The translations under genes were made by a program, and so were the position numbers. Below are positions 53,405 to 64,000 of a DNA stretch of 64,000 bases, in pieces; the first letter of the stretch is position 1; each line of letters starts with the position of its first letter. Source of the stretch: Octopus vulgaris (taxonomy: Eukaryota); the NCBI GenBank assembly GCA_951406725.2, contig OX597820.1, forward strand, positions 36,332,001-36,396,000. The letters are read 5' to 3'. Below the pieces are notes generated by a model. That model was given only the letters and a program-made list of their open reading frames with translations, had not been told where the DNA came from and did not search any database.

Positions 53405-53601
53405 TTTAATCCTTCAGCTATTTAGTGCTTTTTGCGGGATTTCCAATCGCCTGTATTATTGATTCTGTTATTATCGTGTTTTTAAATTGTTACACTAGAT
53501 AATAACAGAGTCAATGGTATCTTCGCAAATTATTTTTTCTCATGAATTATTTGCTCCACATATATATAAAATTCATTTAGTGTTTTGTTTTCTCTTTCTA
53601 G

Positions 53602-53776
53602 CCCCAGTCTGCTGGGCAGCATTTATGGCAGAACTTGCGTCCGGTGGAACTCCAACCGAACCTCAATGTGTAAAATTAACCGATCCATCTATAAACGGAT
53701 GTACCCTGTCACACTTGTCCAGCCTGATGGATCCACCATTGTAATCCGCTACAAAGAGCCTCGACGAATTATCACA
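53602..53776 (+). CDS. MRPL55: Mitochondrial ribosomal protein L55, coding exon 2
   Basis: Acceptor tttctctttctAG, donor ACA|GTAAGA. PSLLGSIYGRTCVRWNSNRTSMCKINRSIYKRMYPVTLVQPDGSTIVIRYKEPRRIIT matches the human MRPL55 motif R..Y.RLYPV.LV..DGSTI.IRY.EPRR as I recall it. Confidence 0.95.
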
Positions 53777-54099
53777 GTAAGAATTAATTTCAGTAATTTC
53801 ATTTTCACATCTAGAATAACATGTGTGTGAGTAAAGTTGTCAGGCAAGCTTGAGGATCCAAAATTTCCTAGATTACTATAAAAGACCTCCTTCAGTCATG
53901 AATGACCATAAGATTGTTCCTAGAAAGTTCCCCTCCTACAAGTTTGGGTAAGTTTATTTGTGGAAAACCAGTCGTTGTCCATGCATACCAGCCTCCCCTC
54001 TCTGTGCCACCAGTGTTGTCTAAGGGAAAAGCAAAAGCTGATACAGGCAACTCATTTCTACAGCTACATGAACTGGAATGTCACTGGTGTCAAGCTATA

Positions 54100-55466
54100 T
54101 CAGTCTTTGCCATTCCCTTGGACAACATCGATGGTATCGGATGGTGTGGGTTATGGCCTTGTCACCTGCATCATAAATCAGGTAGTTCATGAAGGAGTCA
54201 TACCCAATGCCTGGTGTAGCAGCACCATAGTCAACTGCTATAAGGGTAAATGTGATGCTTTAGATACAAGTAACTACAGGGGTATCAAATTATTGGATCA
54301 GGTGATGAAAGTTACAGGGAGGCTCATAGCCCAACTAATTAGGGAGAGAGTTAGCCTAGATGAGATGCAGTTTGGTTTTGTGTCAGGCAGAAGCACCACT
54401 GATGCTATATTTCTGGTAAGGCAACTGCAGGAGAAATATCTAGCCAAAGATAAACCTCTGTACTTGGCTTTTGTTTACTTGGAGAAAGCCTTTGACAAGG
54501 TCCCCCAATCCCTTATCTGGTGGTCAATGCAGAAACTGGGGATAGACGAGTGGTTGGTAAGAGCTGTACAGGGATGCTGTCAGTAAGGTGAGGGTTGGCA
54601 ATGAGTACAGTGAAGAATACCAAGTAGAAGTAGGAGTTTCCCAAGGATCAGTCCTCAGCCCCCTCTTATTCATTATAGTCCTCCAGGCAATAACAGAGGA
54701 ATTCAAGACAGGCTGCCCCTGGGAACTTCTTTATGCTGATGACCTTGCTCTAATAGCCAAGTTACTGCCAGACCTAGAGACAAAGTTTAGGGTGTGGAGG
54801 CAAGGTATAGAATCGAAGGGCCTTAGGGTTAACCTAGCAAAAACCAAAGTCTTAGTTAGTGAGAAAGCTGTCAAATCACAAACCCCTTCAGTTAGATGGC
54901 CCTGCTCGATCTGTAGAAATGGCGAGGATAGAAACTCCATACGATGTACCTGGTGTAAGCTATGGACACATAAAAGGTGCAGCAATATCAAAGGAAGGTT
55001 AACCGGAAAGACAGTTTTTGTGTATGACAGATGCACAGGGTCAATAAACACTGAAGATTCCATTACATGCCAGGGGGAGAAACTAGAAGTAGTTGATAGC
55101 TTCCGCTACCTAGGTGACCAAGTCTGTTGTTGGGGTGGTTGCTCTGAGAGTGTAGTGGATAGAATAAGAATAGCCTGGGCAAATTTCAGGGAGCTCCTAC
55201 CTCTGCTGGCAACTAAGAGCCTCTCACTCAGGATGAAGGGTAGACTGTATGATGCATGTGTATGAACTGCCATGCTACATGGCAGAGAAAGATAGGCCAT
55301 GACTGCTGAGGACATGCATAGGCTTGAAAGAAATGAAGCGAGTATGATCCGCTGGTTGTGTAATGTCACTGCATACACAACAGAGTGTAAGCGCTCTGAG
55401 AGAAGAGTTGGGCATAAGAAGCATCAAATGTGGTGGACAAGCGAGACGACTGCGCTGATATGGTTC
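54100..55466 (+). mobile_element. RTE LINE RT region (few disablements) in MRPL55 intron 2
   Basis: YKGK.DALD.SNYRGIKLL, QFGF..GRSTTDAIF..RQLQEK, AFV.LEKAFD, GVSQGSVLSPLLF, LLYADD, FRYLGD. Confidence 0.95.
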
Positions 55467-55479
55467 TGGGTGATATTAA

Positions 55480-58400
55480 GAACTCTTTAGATGTAATCAT
55501 ATACTGTCATAATGGACATGTTCAGCAAATAAACTCTGTCCATTGATCATACAATCCACTGCATTATGTTCTGCTGCCACTGAAGGGAACAGGCGGTTGG
55601 CAACTCAATATGAAGAAATCAAATGAACAAACATTAACAGCTATGAATTTTTATGCTTACCAACTGCAGGTAAGAACTAATTATGTGAAATAGAAGACTT
55701 TTACAGTAATATGATGTAGAACAGTGGGTGAAAGTAGTACGGAGCAGGCTAAGGTGCCAGAAAACACTCAGGGTTGCTTGATCCTGTCAACCAAACTAAT
55801 ACAGTAAAACCAGGAAGAAGAATTATTCTCCCACCAACCATCACCTGTAGTCCAAGATTTTACAGTGAGGCCTTCCAAAACACCATGGTAATACTGGGAG
55901 CAATGGGAAAACCAGATTACTTCATCACATTTACGACAAATCCAAAATGGACAGAGATACAGACCACCTTATTTCCAGGGGAGCATGCACAGGACTGACC
56001 TGATATTCCTGCCGAGTATTCAAAATCAAGTTCAACACATTTCTCCATGATCTACTGAAAAAACACTTTCTGGAAAAAGTTAATACCTATACACTAATGA
56101 TTGAATGGCAAAAACGTGGCCTTACACATACATTTATAATGGTTAATTGTCTTAAACCAACTTCCAGAAATCATAGACAAAGTAGTTAGTGCCAAAATAC
56201 CCAACAAAGACCGCATCCCAGAGCTATCCAACTCAGTAATAGCACATAATGTTCATGGTCAATGCAGTGCTATCAACCTCCAAAGTCCATTTATGGAAAC
56301 CAGGTGAGATGGAGCTCGATGTACTAAGGAGTTTCTGAAACCCTTCGAGTCAGCCACCTATACATCAAGAAATAGCTACTTGACGTATCACAGAAGAAGT
56401 CTAGCATATAGTGGAAGAACCAATAAAATTTACGTTAAGGGTCAGACAGATTTTGTGGTAAGATTTTTCTTCAACTTATACTGACAAATTTTTGATATAG
56501 AAAATTTATCATTATGTTTCAAATCTCATAATTTTAAGTCCAATTTTAACAAACCCATATCAACTGGTTCTGGCTTTACACTCAACTGCATCTACCAAAA
56601 CCATGTCCATGGACAAATATAGCAATATATACTATTTACTTACGTTTAATATTTTCTTCGCAGGTTGACAATTCTTGGATAGACCATACAATCTGTATCT
56701 GACAATTAAATACTACACCCACATCAGCATCGAGGTCGTACATACCATCCAAGCAGTAAAGTACTTATACAAATACATTACAAAAGGGCAAGATCGAATC
56801 ATCTTAACATCGGAAACAGGACAGCCAATTCCCGTATTAAACGATAAAGAAAACTTGATAAATGCTTCATACATCTCTGCAAGTGAAGCATTCTGGAAGT
56901 TGTATGAATTTTTCATACACCAAAAGCATCATGCAGTTGAAAAGCTACTCTGTCGTTTACCTGATGAACAGACTGTACAATTCGACCCGACTTCTGTCGC
57001 TGTGGTTGTGGAATGTAGACCATCGATAACTAAATTGACAGCTTATTTTCAAACAAACAAACTTGACGAAAAAGCTCGAGAGATTTTATACCCAGATTTT
57101 CCTAAATATTTCACCTGGAACAATAAAACCAAGTCGTGACAAAAATGAAAACGAGGTACAACCGATGATAATGGTGATGTTAAAACTGAGACTATCAAAC
57201 AAATCCCAACCATATCATATAGTGCTCATCAGAGTCAGAACTGTTTCACCTTCAGATACTCCTTCACCATATTAAAGGTGCAACTAGCTTTGATGAACTG
57301 AAGACTGGAGGGAAATGTATGTTCAACATTTCAGCAATCATGCATGAAAACTGGACTGATATTGGACGACCAAGAAATACACTGTGCAATGGAGGAAGCA
57401 GCCAGTGTTTGCTTTGGAGATTCACTGCATGACTTCTTCACTGACATGTTAATTTACTGCCGGCTGCTTGATCTGATGAACTTTTGGGGAGAGTGTAAAA
57501 CGAGACTTCATGCAAAGAAACAACATTGGAGGTCTTACCCCTCGCATTGAAAATGAAATATTGATTCGTCTGCAGGAGCAACTTCAAAGGGATGAACTTG
57601 ACCTAGTTTGAGATTTCCAGCTTCCTCAACCTGAATATAACGAAACCAGTCAATTGATGCCAAAGATTATTACAGACTGTCTTCGAATAGTGTCTACTGA
57701 CATTTACAATACTCTGACCAGAAGCACGTTTTTGATATGGTTGTAAACTCAGTTTTACAACAGGAAAACAAGGTTTTCACCTTGAGTGCAAATGGTCGAA
57801 CTGGCAAAACATATCTTATCAATGCAATCATGGATTTTCTACATTTGGAGAAAAAAATCATACTCACTACAGCTCTATCTGGGATTGCGGCAACATTGCT
57901 GCACAATGGCCGGACATTTTATTCTCAGTTCAAAGTACCCATAAACATAACACCAGGGTTCTGCTGCAATGTGTCATCTCAGGATGCAACTACACAACTC
58001 TTCAGAATGACCTGTCTAATAATAGTTGATGAAGTCAGCCAAGGCAACAAGCTCATACAACTGCTTGGATCATTCCCTATGTGATATCAGAGCGAACAAA
58101 TCCCTGTTTGGAGGAGTATGTGTTATTTTTTTTTAGGTGACTGATAGATTCTACTGGTTATTAAACGTGGTAGTCAAGCTCAAATAGTGCAAACCACCTT
58201 GAAAACATCGTACATCTGGAGGTCTGTGACGGAGTTGAGTCTAAAGAAAAACATGAGGGTACGGAATTCTTCATATACAACTTTCGCAACTTGTTGGTTA
58301 CAAGATTGGTTCAAGACAATGCTCGTTCTCTGAGCCACTGAGGAATGTGATTCAAATTAGGCCAGATCTTATACTCAAAATATCATCTATTTCTGAATTA

Positions 58401-59468
58401 TGCAAATTCGTCTTTAATGATTTAAGTGAAAACTACAAAAACACATCATGGTTGTGTTCACAAGCTGTCATCGCCTCAACCAATGAAGTAATAAACAGTG
58501 TGAATGAGCACCTGGTTAGCAACTTCTCTGGAGTAAATCAAGAGTACTGTAGTTCAAATACAATAGATGACGGAAACTACCACCAGTACCCACAGGATTT
58601 CTGAACAACTTAAATCCATTGGGATTGCCAGTCTATAAAATCAAATTGAAAAAGAACTGTGAAATAATGCTCTTTAGGAATTTCGATCCAGCCAATGGAC
58701 ACTTCAATGAAACAAGATACATGGTAACTGGACTAAATTCCAGTGTTATCAAAGCAGTGATTGCAACTGGCCCACACAATGGTAAACGCTTGTTCTTTCA
58801 ATGGATACTGTTTACACCAACCAATAACCAGTTTCTGTTCCTATTAAGACGCAGGCACTTTCCTATAAAACCGGCATTCTCATTCGCAGCAAACAAGGCA
58901 CAGTGCCAGACTTTAGATTGTGTTGGTGTATTTTACCCACTCCAATGTTTACACACGTCCAGTTATACCTCACTATGAGTAGAGCAATGGACTCGAGTAA
59001 TTTGAAAATTAGTGTCAACCAAGCAGAAAGTATTCATCTACAAAGAAGTTTTGACTATATTGTATAATTCACAATTTTAATAAGGAAGTTTGTGAACTTT
59101 GAATGTGTAAGAGTATAAACAAGCATAAAATAGTGCAAACAGCTAAAATAAAAGTATATCTAAATAACATTTTTTCTTAATGCTTTTTTATGCAGTGGTT
59201 GAAGGAAGCTCTGATTTTCATTAGGAGTGGTCCACATAACCATTCATGATACAGAGGCTGGGAGCCTATTTCAGTTTGGGAGTGAATCGTTATCACATGT
59301 CACTTAGTTGCAAACACATGTCATATAGCTGCAATAGAATGCTGTATCACCAACAATAATGTGCTTTCTCTAAGACATCACCCAGTAATCTATCAAATCC
59401 ATTTGCACATTTTTCAATACATCCTGCTGTTATGATTTGCCTCCATCATAGATGGGTAGATTTACTAG
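55480..59468 (+). mobile_element. Decayed autonomous Helitron (Rep-PIF1 helicase), 5'-truncated, in MRPL55 intron 2
   Basis: Rep motifs GKPDYFITFTTNPKW, IEWQKRGLTH, KYLYKYITKG. PIF1 motifs GRTGKTYLIN, ATLL.NGRT, LIIVDEVS, KNMRV, FPIKPAF..AANKAQCQTL. 3' hairpin ccatc-ata-gatgg and CTAG|T at 59465-59468. Confidence 0.92.
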
Positions 59469-59588
59469 TAAAAATAATTAGCAAAGCAAAAGTTTGGAAA
59501 ATAAATCATATCTCCATCCCACAGAAATAAAGTTTTCTTCATTTTTATTTTCAAACATTGCTTACCCAATTATCTTTCTTTCTTTCAG

Positions 59589-59732
59589 CTTCCTATAGAT
59601 ATTGAAACTCTGACTCCAGAACAGAAGAAATTGCAGCTACAGAAACGAAAACCTAAACGAATCATTCAAGTAGTAGAAGATTTTGAAGACGATTTTGATA
59701 TTGGCCGATACAGGCATCTCTGGAAGAAGTAA
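59589..59732 (+). CDS. MRPL55: Mitochondrial ribosomal protein L55, coding exon 3
   Basis: Acceptor tctttctttctttcAG, phase 0. LPIDIETLTPEQKKLQLQKRKPKRIIQVVEDFEDDFDIGRYRHLWKK* parallels human MPIDLDTLSPEE...DDL..ERYRQFW. ATTAAA at 59774. Total 111 aa. Confidence 0.95.
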   Translation, partial: LPIDIETLTPEQKKLQLQKRKPKRIIQVVEDFEDDFDIGRYRHLWKK

Positions 59733-59989
59733 TCCCCTCTCCATCATCCTGTTTTACACTATTTCATATTTAAATTAAATCAAAATAGATGTTATTCTAT
59801 GATCTTTTTTTACTTTATTTTGTGTGATTTGATTAACTCAGCCAATTGTTATGTTAATTTAACCTTCCTTGTACTCTCCACTACCAGGAGAATCTTGGCT
59901 TCCTTGACACACCCACTTCTGTTTCACCATCACTACACTGATGATGACATGTTCATATGCATTTGAATGCTTTTATGTCTGTTTTTGCC

Positions 59990-60570
59990 AATGTAGCATG
60001 GGTTAGATCTGCTTGTGATCCAATTGTAGAGTGCTTGAAACTTCTCAGCATTCAGGTCTTTCTGCAGTTTTAGGGTATCGTCAAAGTTCTTGACCACCTG
60101 GGATACTTTTGTATCATCAGCGTAGCTGGTGAGAGTAACTGACTATAACTGAGGGCCTGTCTGAGAGAGCCACCACAAACAATAGTGGTTCCTGTACAAT
60201 TCCCCGAGAGACTCCACTGAAAATTAAAGTTTCCCCACAGAGAGTGCCATTGGCTGGAGTTGTTTTAATCATAGTTTTTAAAAAATTATGCAGTCGCTCC
60301 TCTAGTTTTCCAGTGATACCAAGGTCATGAAATTTCTGACATATCCTCCCATGATCAACTTTGTTGAAGGCCTTAGCAAAACTGAATATATCACATCTAC
60401 ATTCAAGAGATCGAGAAGTTGCTGGTAGTAGCTGTGTGAGGCAGCAGCTTCTTGGACAGAAGCCATGTTGCATGTTTGAGCACAAGCTATTATCTTCCAG
60501 GAATGCCATCATTCTCCTTCTGACAATGCATTCCATGACTTTGCTAATTTGTGAGGTGAGAGATAGGCTT
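59990..60570 (-). mobile_element. CR1-type LINE RT fragment
   Basis: ORF 60117-60584: SLTSQISKVMECIV...QHGF..RSCCLTQLL...FAKAFNKVDH...SGVSRG...PLLF; ADDTK lies in an adjacent frame. Confidence 0.85.
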
Positions 60571-60845
60571 GTAATTGTTAGCATTTACTCTGCTTCTTCC
60601 TTTAATATTTTGGGAAGTTTGCCACATGCAAAGAAACTTAGGAAAACTATCTGCATTTAGCTTCATTATCCCATTTAGCCATTTTTTATTTCAGGATTTA
60701 GTTATCTAGCCATGTATTTATCTATATCTATCAATTATATATATGTACATATCTATGAACATATATGCATGTGTGTATGCATATACACAAACACACAAGA
60801 ACATATGCAAGTGTGTATGCATATATACACACACATATATATGTA

Positions 60846-60889
<44 letters not shown>

Positions 60890-60904
60890 TATATACATAT
60901 ATAT

Positions 60905-62190
60905 ATCATTCACACACAGTAGTGTGTGAATAATAATCTTAAGGTTAACATTTACACACTTGTGACCACTTCTAGGTTTTGTCACTACCTCAGTTTTTAA
61001 CCAAAGTAGATTGTGCTTACATTTCTAGATAGGTAACATCCTAAGCTACATTTAAAAACTGCTTTGATAGAAAAAAAGTTTCAGGAAAGCATGTGAGTTC
61101 AAAAACAGGAAAGTAATTCCTGAAATCCACTTTGAGTCTTTTTTTCTTTTTTTTCAAGAAATCTAAATTTTATTTTAGCTTATATGATAGATATCAGCGA
61201 GAGGAATCTATCCATATTAGTTATTCAAAAATGTTCAGTAAGTACTGAGGTAAAAACCAACGAAAATATTAGATTAATTCCTGAAATCGACTTCGACTCC
61301 AAATATTTTTCTTTCAAAAGAAAGCTATATTTAAATTTAACTTTTCTGACAGATCTCAACTACAGGAATCCCATGATACTAATTATATATAAGAAAAATT
61401 TTATTAAAAAACTGCTGGGGCCAGATGTGCCGAAAACAGTGGTAACACCTCAAAGCCAATTCAAAACCTAAACGTTTTGTTTTTGTTTAGTTCATGTGAT
61501 AGAACTCAAGATGAATGTCATGGTGCTAATCTTTTCAAAACATATTCAAAATTTTAAAAGTTATTATATAAGCTAAATGTGCCAAAAGTACATAAAACAA
61601 TTTTCAAGTAATACTATTACTTATTACAGTACTAAGATGACCAGCTGGTGGAATCATTAACACACAGGGTGAAAGCTTCGCGACATTTTGTCTGTCTTTA
61701 CGTTCTGAGTTCAAATTCTGCCAAGGTCATCTTTGCCTTTTATCTTTTCGGTACTTGATAAAATGAGTATCAGCTGAGCACTGAGGTTGACGTAATCAAC
61801 TTCCTTCCCCACTGGATTTGATGGCCTTCTGCCAAAATTGGAAACCAATATAGCAAAATGTTTTATTCAATTCAGTATTTAGGTATCTTGCAAAGATCTA
61901 CCTCTATTCATAGAATACACTATATTGTAGTAAATATATATAGTAATAAATATCATTCACACACAGCAGTGTGTGAATAATATTTTTAACATTAACATTT
62001 ACTCACCCACAACCACTTCTAGGCTTTGTCACTAATTCAGTTTTTTACCAAATTTGATGATGTTTATACATTTTTAAGCTACATTTTCAGCTACAAAATT
62101 TGAAATTTAGTTCAGTAGAAAAAAAAGTTGAAATTTCAAACATGTGAGGTCAAAAAGGGGAGAATAACATCTGAAATCGACTTCAGGGAT
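60905..62190. repeat. Two diverged direct copies (60905-61140, 61952-62190) of an element starting with a small hairpin
   Basis: atcattcacacacag(t/c)agtgtgtgaataata...gaccacttctagg.tttgtcacta..tcagttttt.accaaa occurs in both. Confidence 0.7.
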
Positions 62191-64000
62191 ATACAGGCAA
62201 CACTGCATACATATTTTTGTAAACACGTGCGCACACATGTGCACATACTCATAAGTAACTTTTAAAACACCCATGAAGGGAAACAAAGGTGAGTGTAATG
62301 AATATGTAGCTTTAAGGAGAGAGGGGGTAAGTTGACAACAATTGATGATAAGTGGACTCTTTTCTGCTGTCCATTGTAAATAAACATTCACACATACACA
62401 CATACATACATACTTCTTGCAGAAAAATGTTACTGAGGTTTAAAGTTTAATAATTTTTACCTAATCTGAAAACAGGATGTAGAAGCTGGCATTTTCTGCA
62501 TGGTAGTTGTCTATCACAAAATGAAAGCAAAATCATTATACAAGGAGGAATTTTTATTAAACAACCAAAAGCAAAGCATGACAAAGACCAAAGTTGTAAG
62601 AACTTTTGCAGTCTTATTAAGTTTTTTGTTTGCTTTTAAACTTTAATTCAGTATTAAGAGTAGCAGAATTTAGATTATTATTTCTTAGGGTAAATTGACA
62701 AGGTTTTTGCTTTCAGATGGTATGATTGGATTTTCAGAGTAACAGGATTCAGATTTTTTATTTTCAGGCAAGTTGACAAGAACAGTAGCTGAATTGCTGA
62801 CTTTATTTTTATATTGCATGAATTTCAACTAACAAACTAAATTTGCCCTAACAAGGGCAGGTGCAAAACTAGCCAATGCATCCCATCACAAAAAATAAAA
62901 TATTGATTCTACATTAAAAAAAAAATTAATCTGACAAATAAATCATAAGTAAAATTTATTAGTTAGCATTAATACAGTAGAATTAACCTAATTCATTACT
63001 TCACCTAATTCATCACTTTCAATTTTCTCCTAGGGATGACTAACTAGGCAAATTCTTTTTTTAAAACATTTATTTTATTTCATTTTTAAAATACTGCTTT
63101 TTTCCAAATATAAGCCCATGGGCTTAAATGCAGAGTTAAATAATTTTGCTTAAATGATTTTCTTCTGAAAATAATGAAAATTCTTGGGGTTATACATGAA
63201 AAGAGTTTCAGAATATAAGCCCATAGGCATAAAATTGGATGATCTTATTTTTGGAAAAAAAACCAGTAATGTTTTTAATTTTTGTTTTAATAAAATATAG
63301 TAAATTGTTTAAATGTTATTCTTGGTGGCAATATTTTAAGTACAGTAGAATTTTAATTTTAAGTACTTTTCATTTTCCTTTAGAGGTGATGAATTCGCCC
63401 GATTCTACTGTAGAAATCTTCTTCTGTACTTTTCCAGGTGTAATAACTTAAGAATATTAATATGCATGCACCCACATTTTTCATTGTAATATATGTATAT
63501 ATACTGATATGCACACATATAAGGAAGCAAGCTAACAGAATGATTAGTACATAGGACAAAGTGCTTAGTGGCATTTCTTCTATTTAAATCCTACAAGGGT
63601 TGACTTTGCCTTTCATCCCTTCAAGATTGATACAATGAAATATGGTGGATTGGAGGTGTCAATATAATCAACTTCCACCACCCCTCAAAATTTCTGGCCT
63701 TGAACCCTGCCTTAAATTTCTATTTAGTATTGATTTTTTACATTGGCTCAAGTTTAACCCTTCCTTCCCAAGCCCCACACAAATCTATAACTCCAATTCT
63801 TCTTCCTTGTAATGTCATCTCTCTGAAGTTTTTTTCACATCCATGTTTTTCCTACAAACATCAAGCTTTTTTTATGTTTATTGGAAAGGATCAGGGCTCA
63901 TGGTTTCACAGACCCTCCAAGAAGAGTGAGATCAATGTGGTCAATGTCTCAACTGAAAAGCAGGAGTGAAAGAATTCCAAAAATTCATCATTGTGAGGAG

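Noticed and set aside
55670-55706. Apparent mini-intron (CAG|GTAAGA...ttttacAG) in the Helitron
   Set aside because: The sequence reads through as Helitron-like coding (YAYQLQVR...RLLQ.Y.VEQWVKV) and is very short for an intron.

Overview
AT-rich, microsatellite- and transposon-dense eukaryotic DNA. The repeat repertoire (RTE LINEs with (GAT)n tails, tRNA-derived SINEs with internal (TA/TG)n, Penelope-like remnants) looks like an octopus genome; that assignment is inferred, not checked. Two spliced protein-coding genes can be built by hand, both on the + strand. (1) MRPL55: 3 coding exons (50188-50204, 53602-53776, 59589-59732), 111 aa; its second intron holds a decayed RTE LINE and a decayed Helitron whose Rep gene has its own spliceosomal intron. 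(2) An unrecognised 2-coding-exon gene (15047-15110 + 31848-32335), 183 aa, with a signal peptide, a Cys-free Arg/Asp/His-rich disordered body containing RGDRGD, and a GPI-anchor-like C-terminus. The rest is mobile DNA: mariners, Helitrons, RTE/CR1/CRE/Hero-like LINE fragments, SINEs and a 2-kb foldback element with an 8-bp TSD. The most unusual non-genic signals are: a 457-nt circularly permuted unit carrying a minimal type I hammerhead ribozyme fold (retrozyme or Penelope pLTR-like); several local inverted or templated duplications bounded by (TA)n tracts; and a SINE that repeatedly lands at the same nucleotide of its own copies. All calls come from manual reading; no database searches were run.
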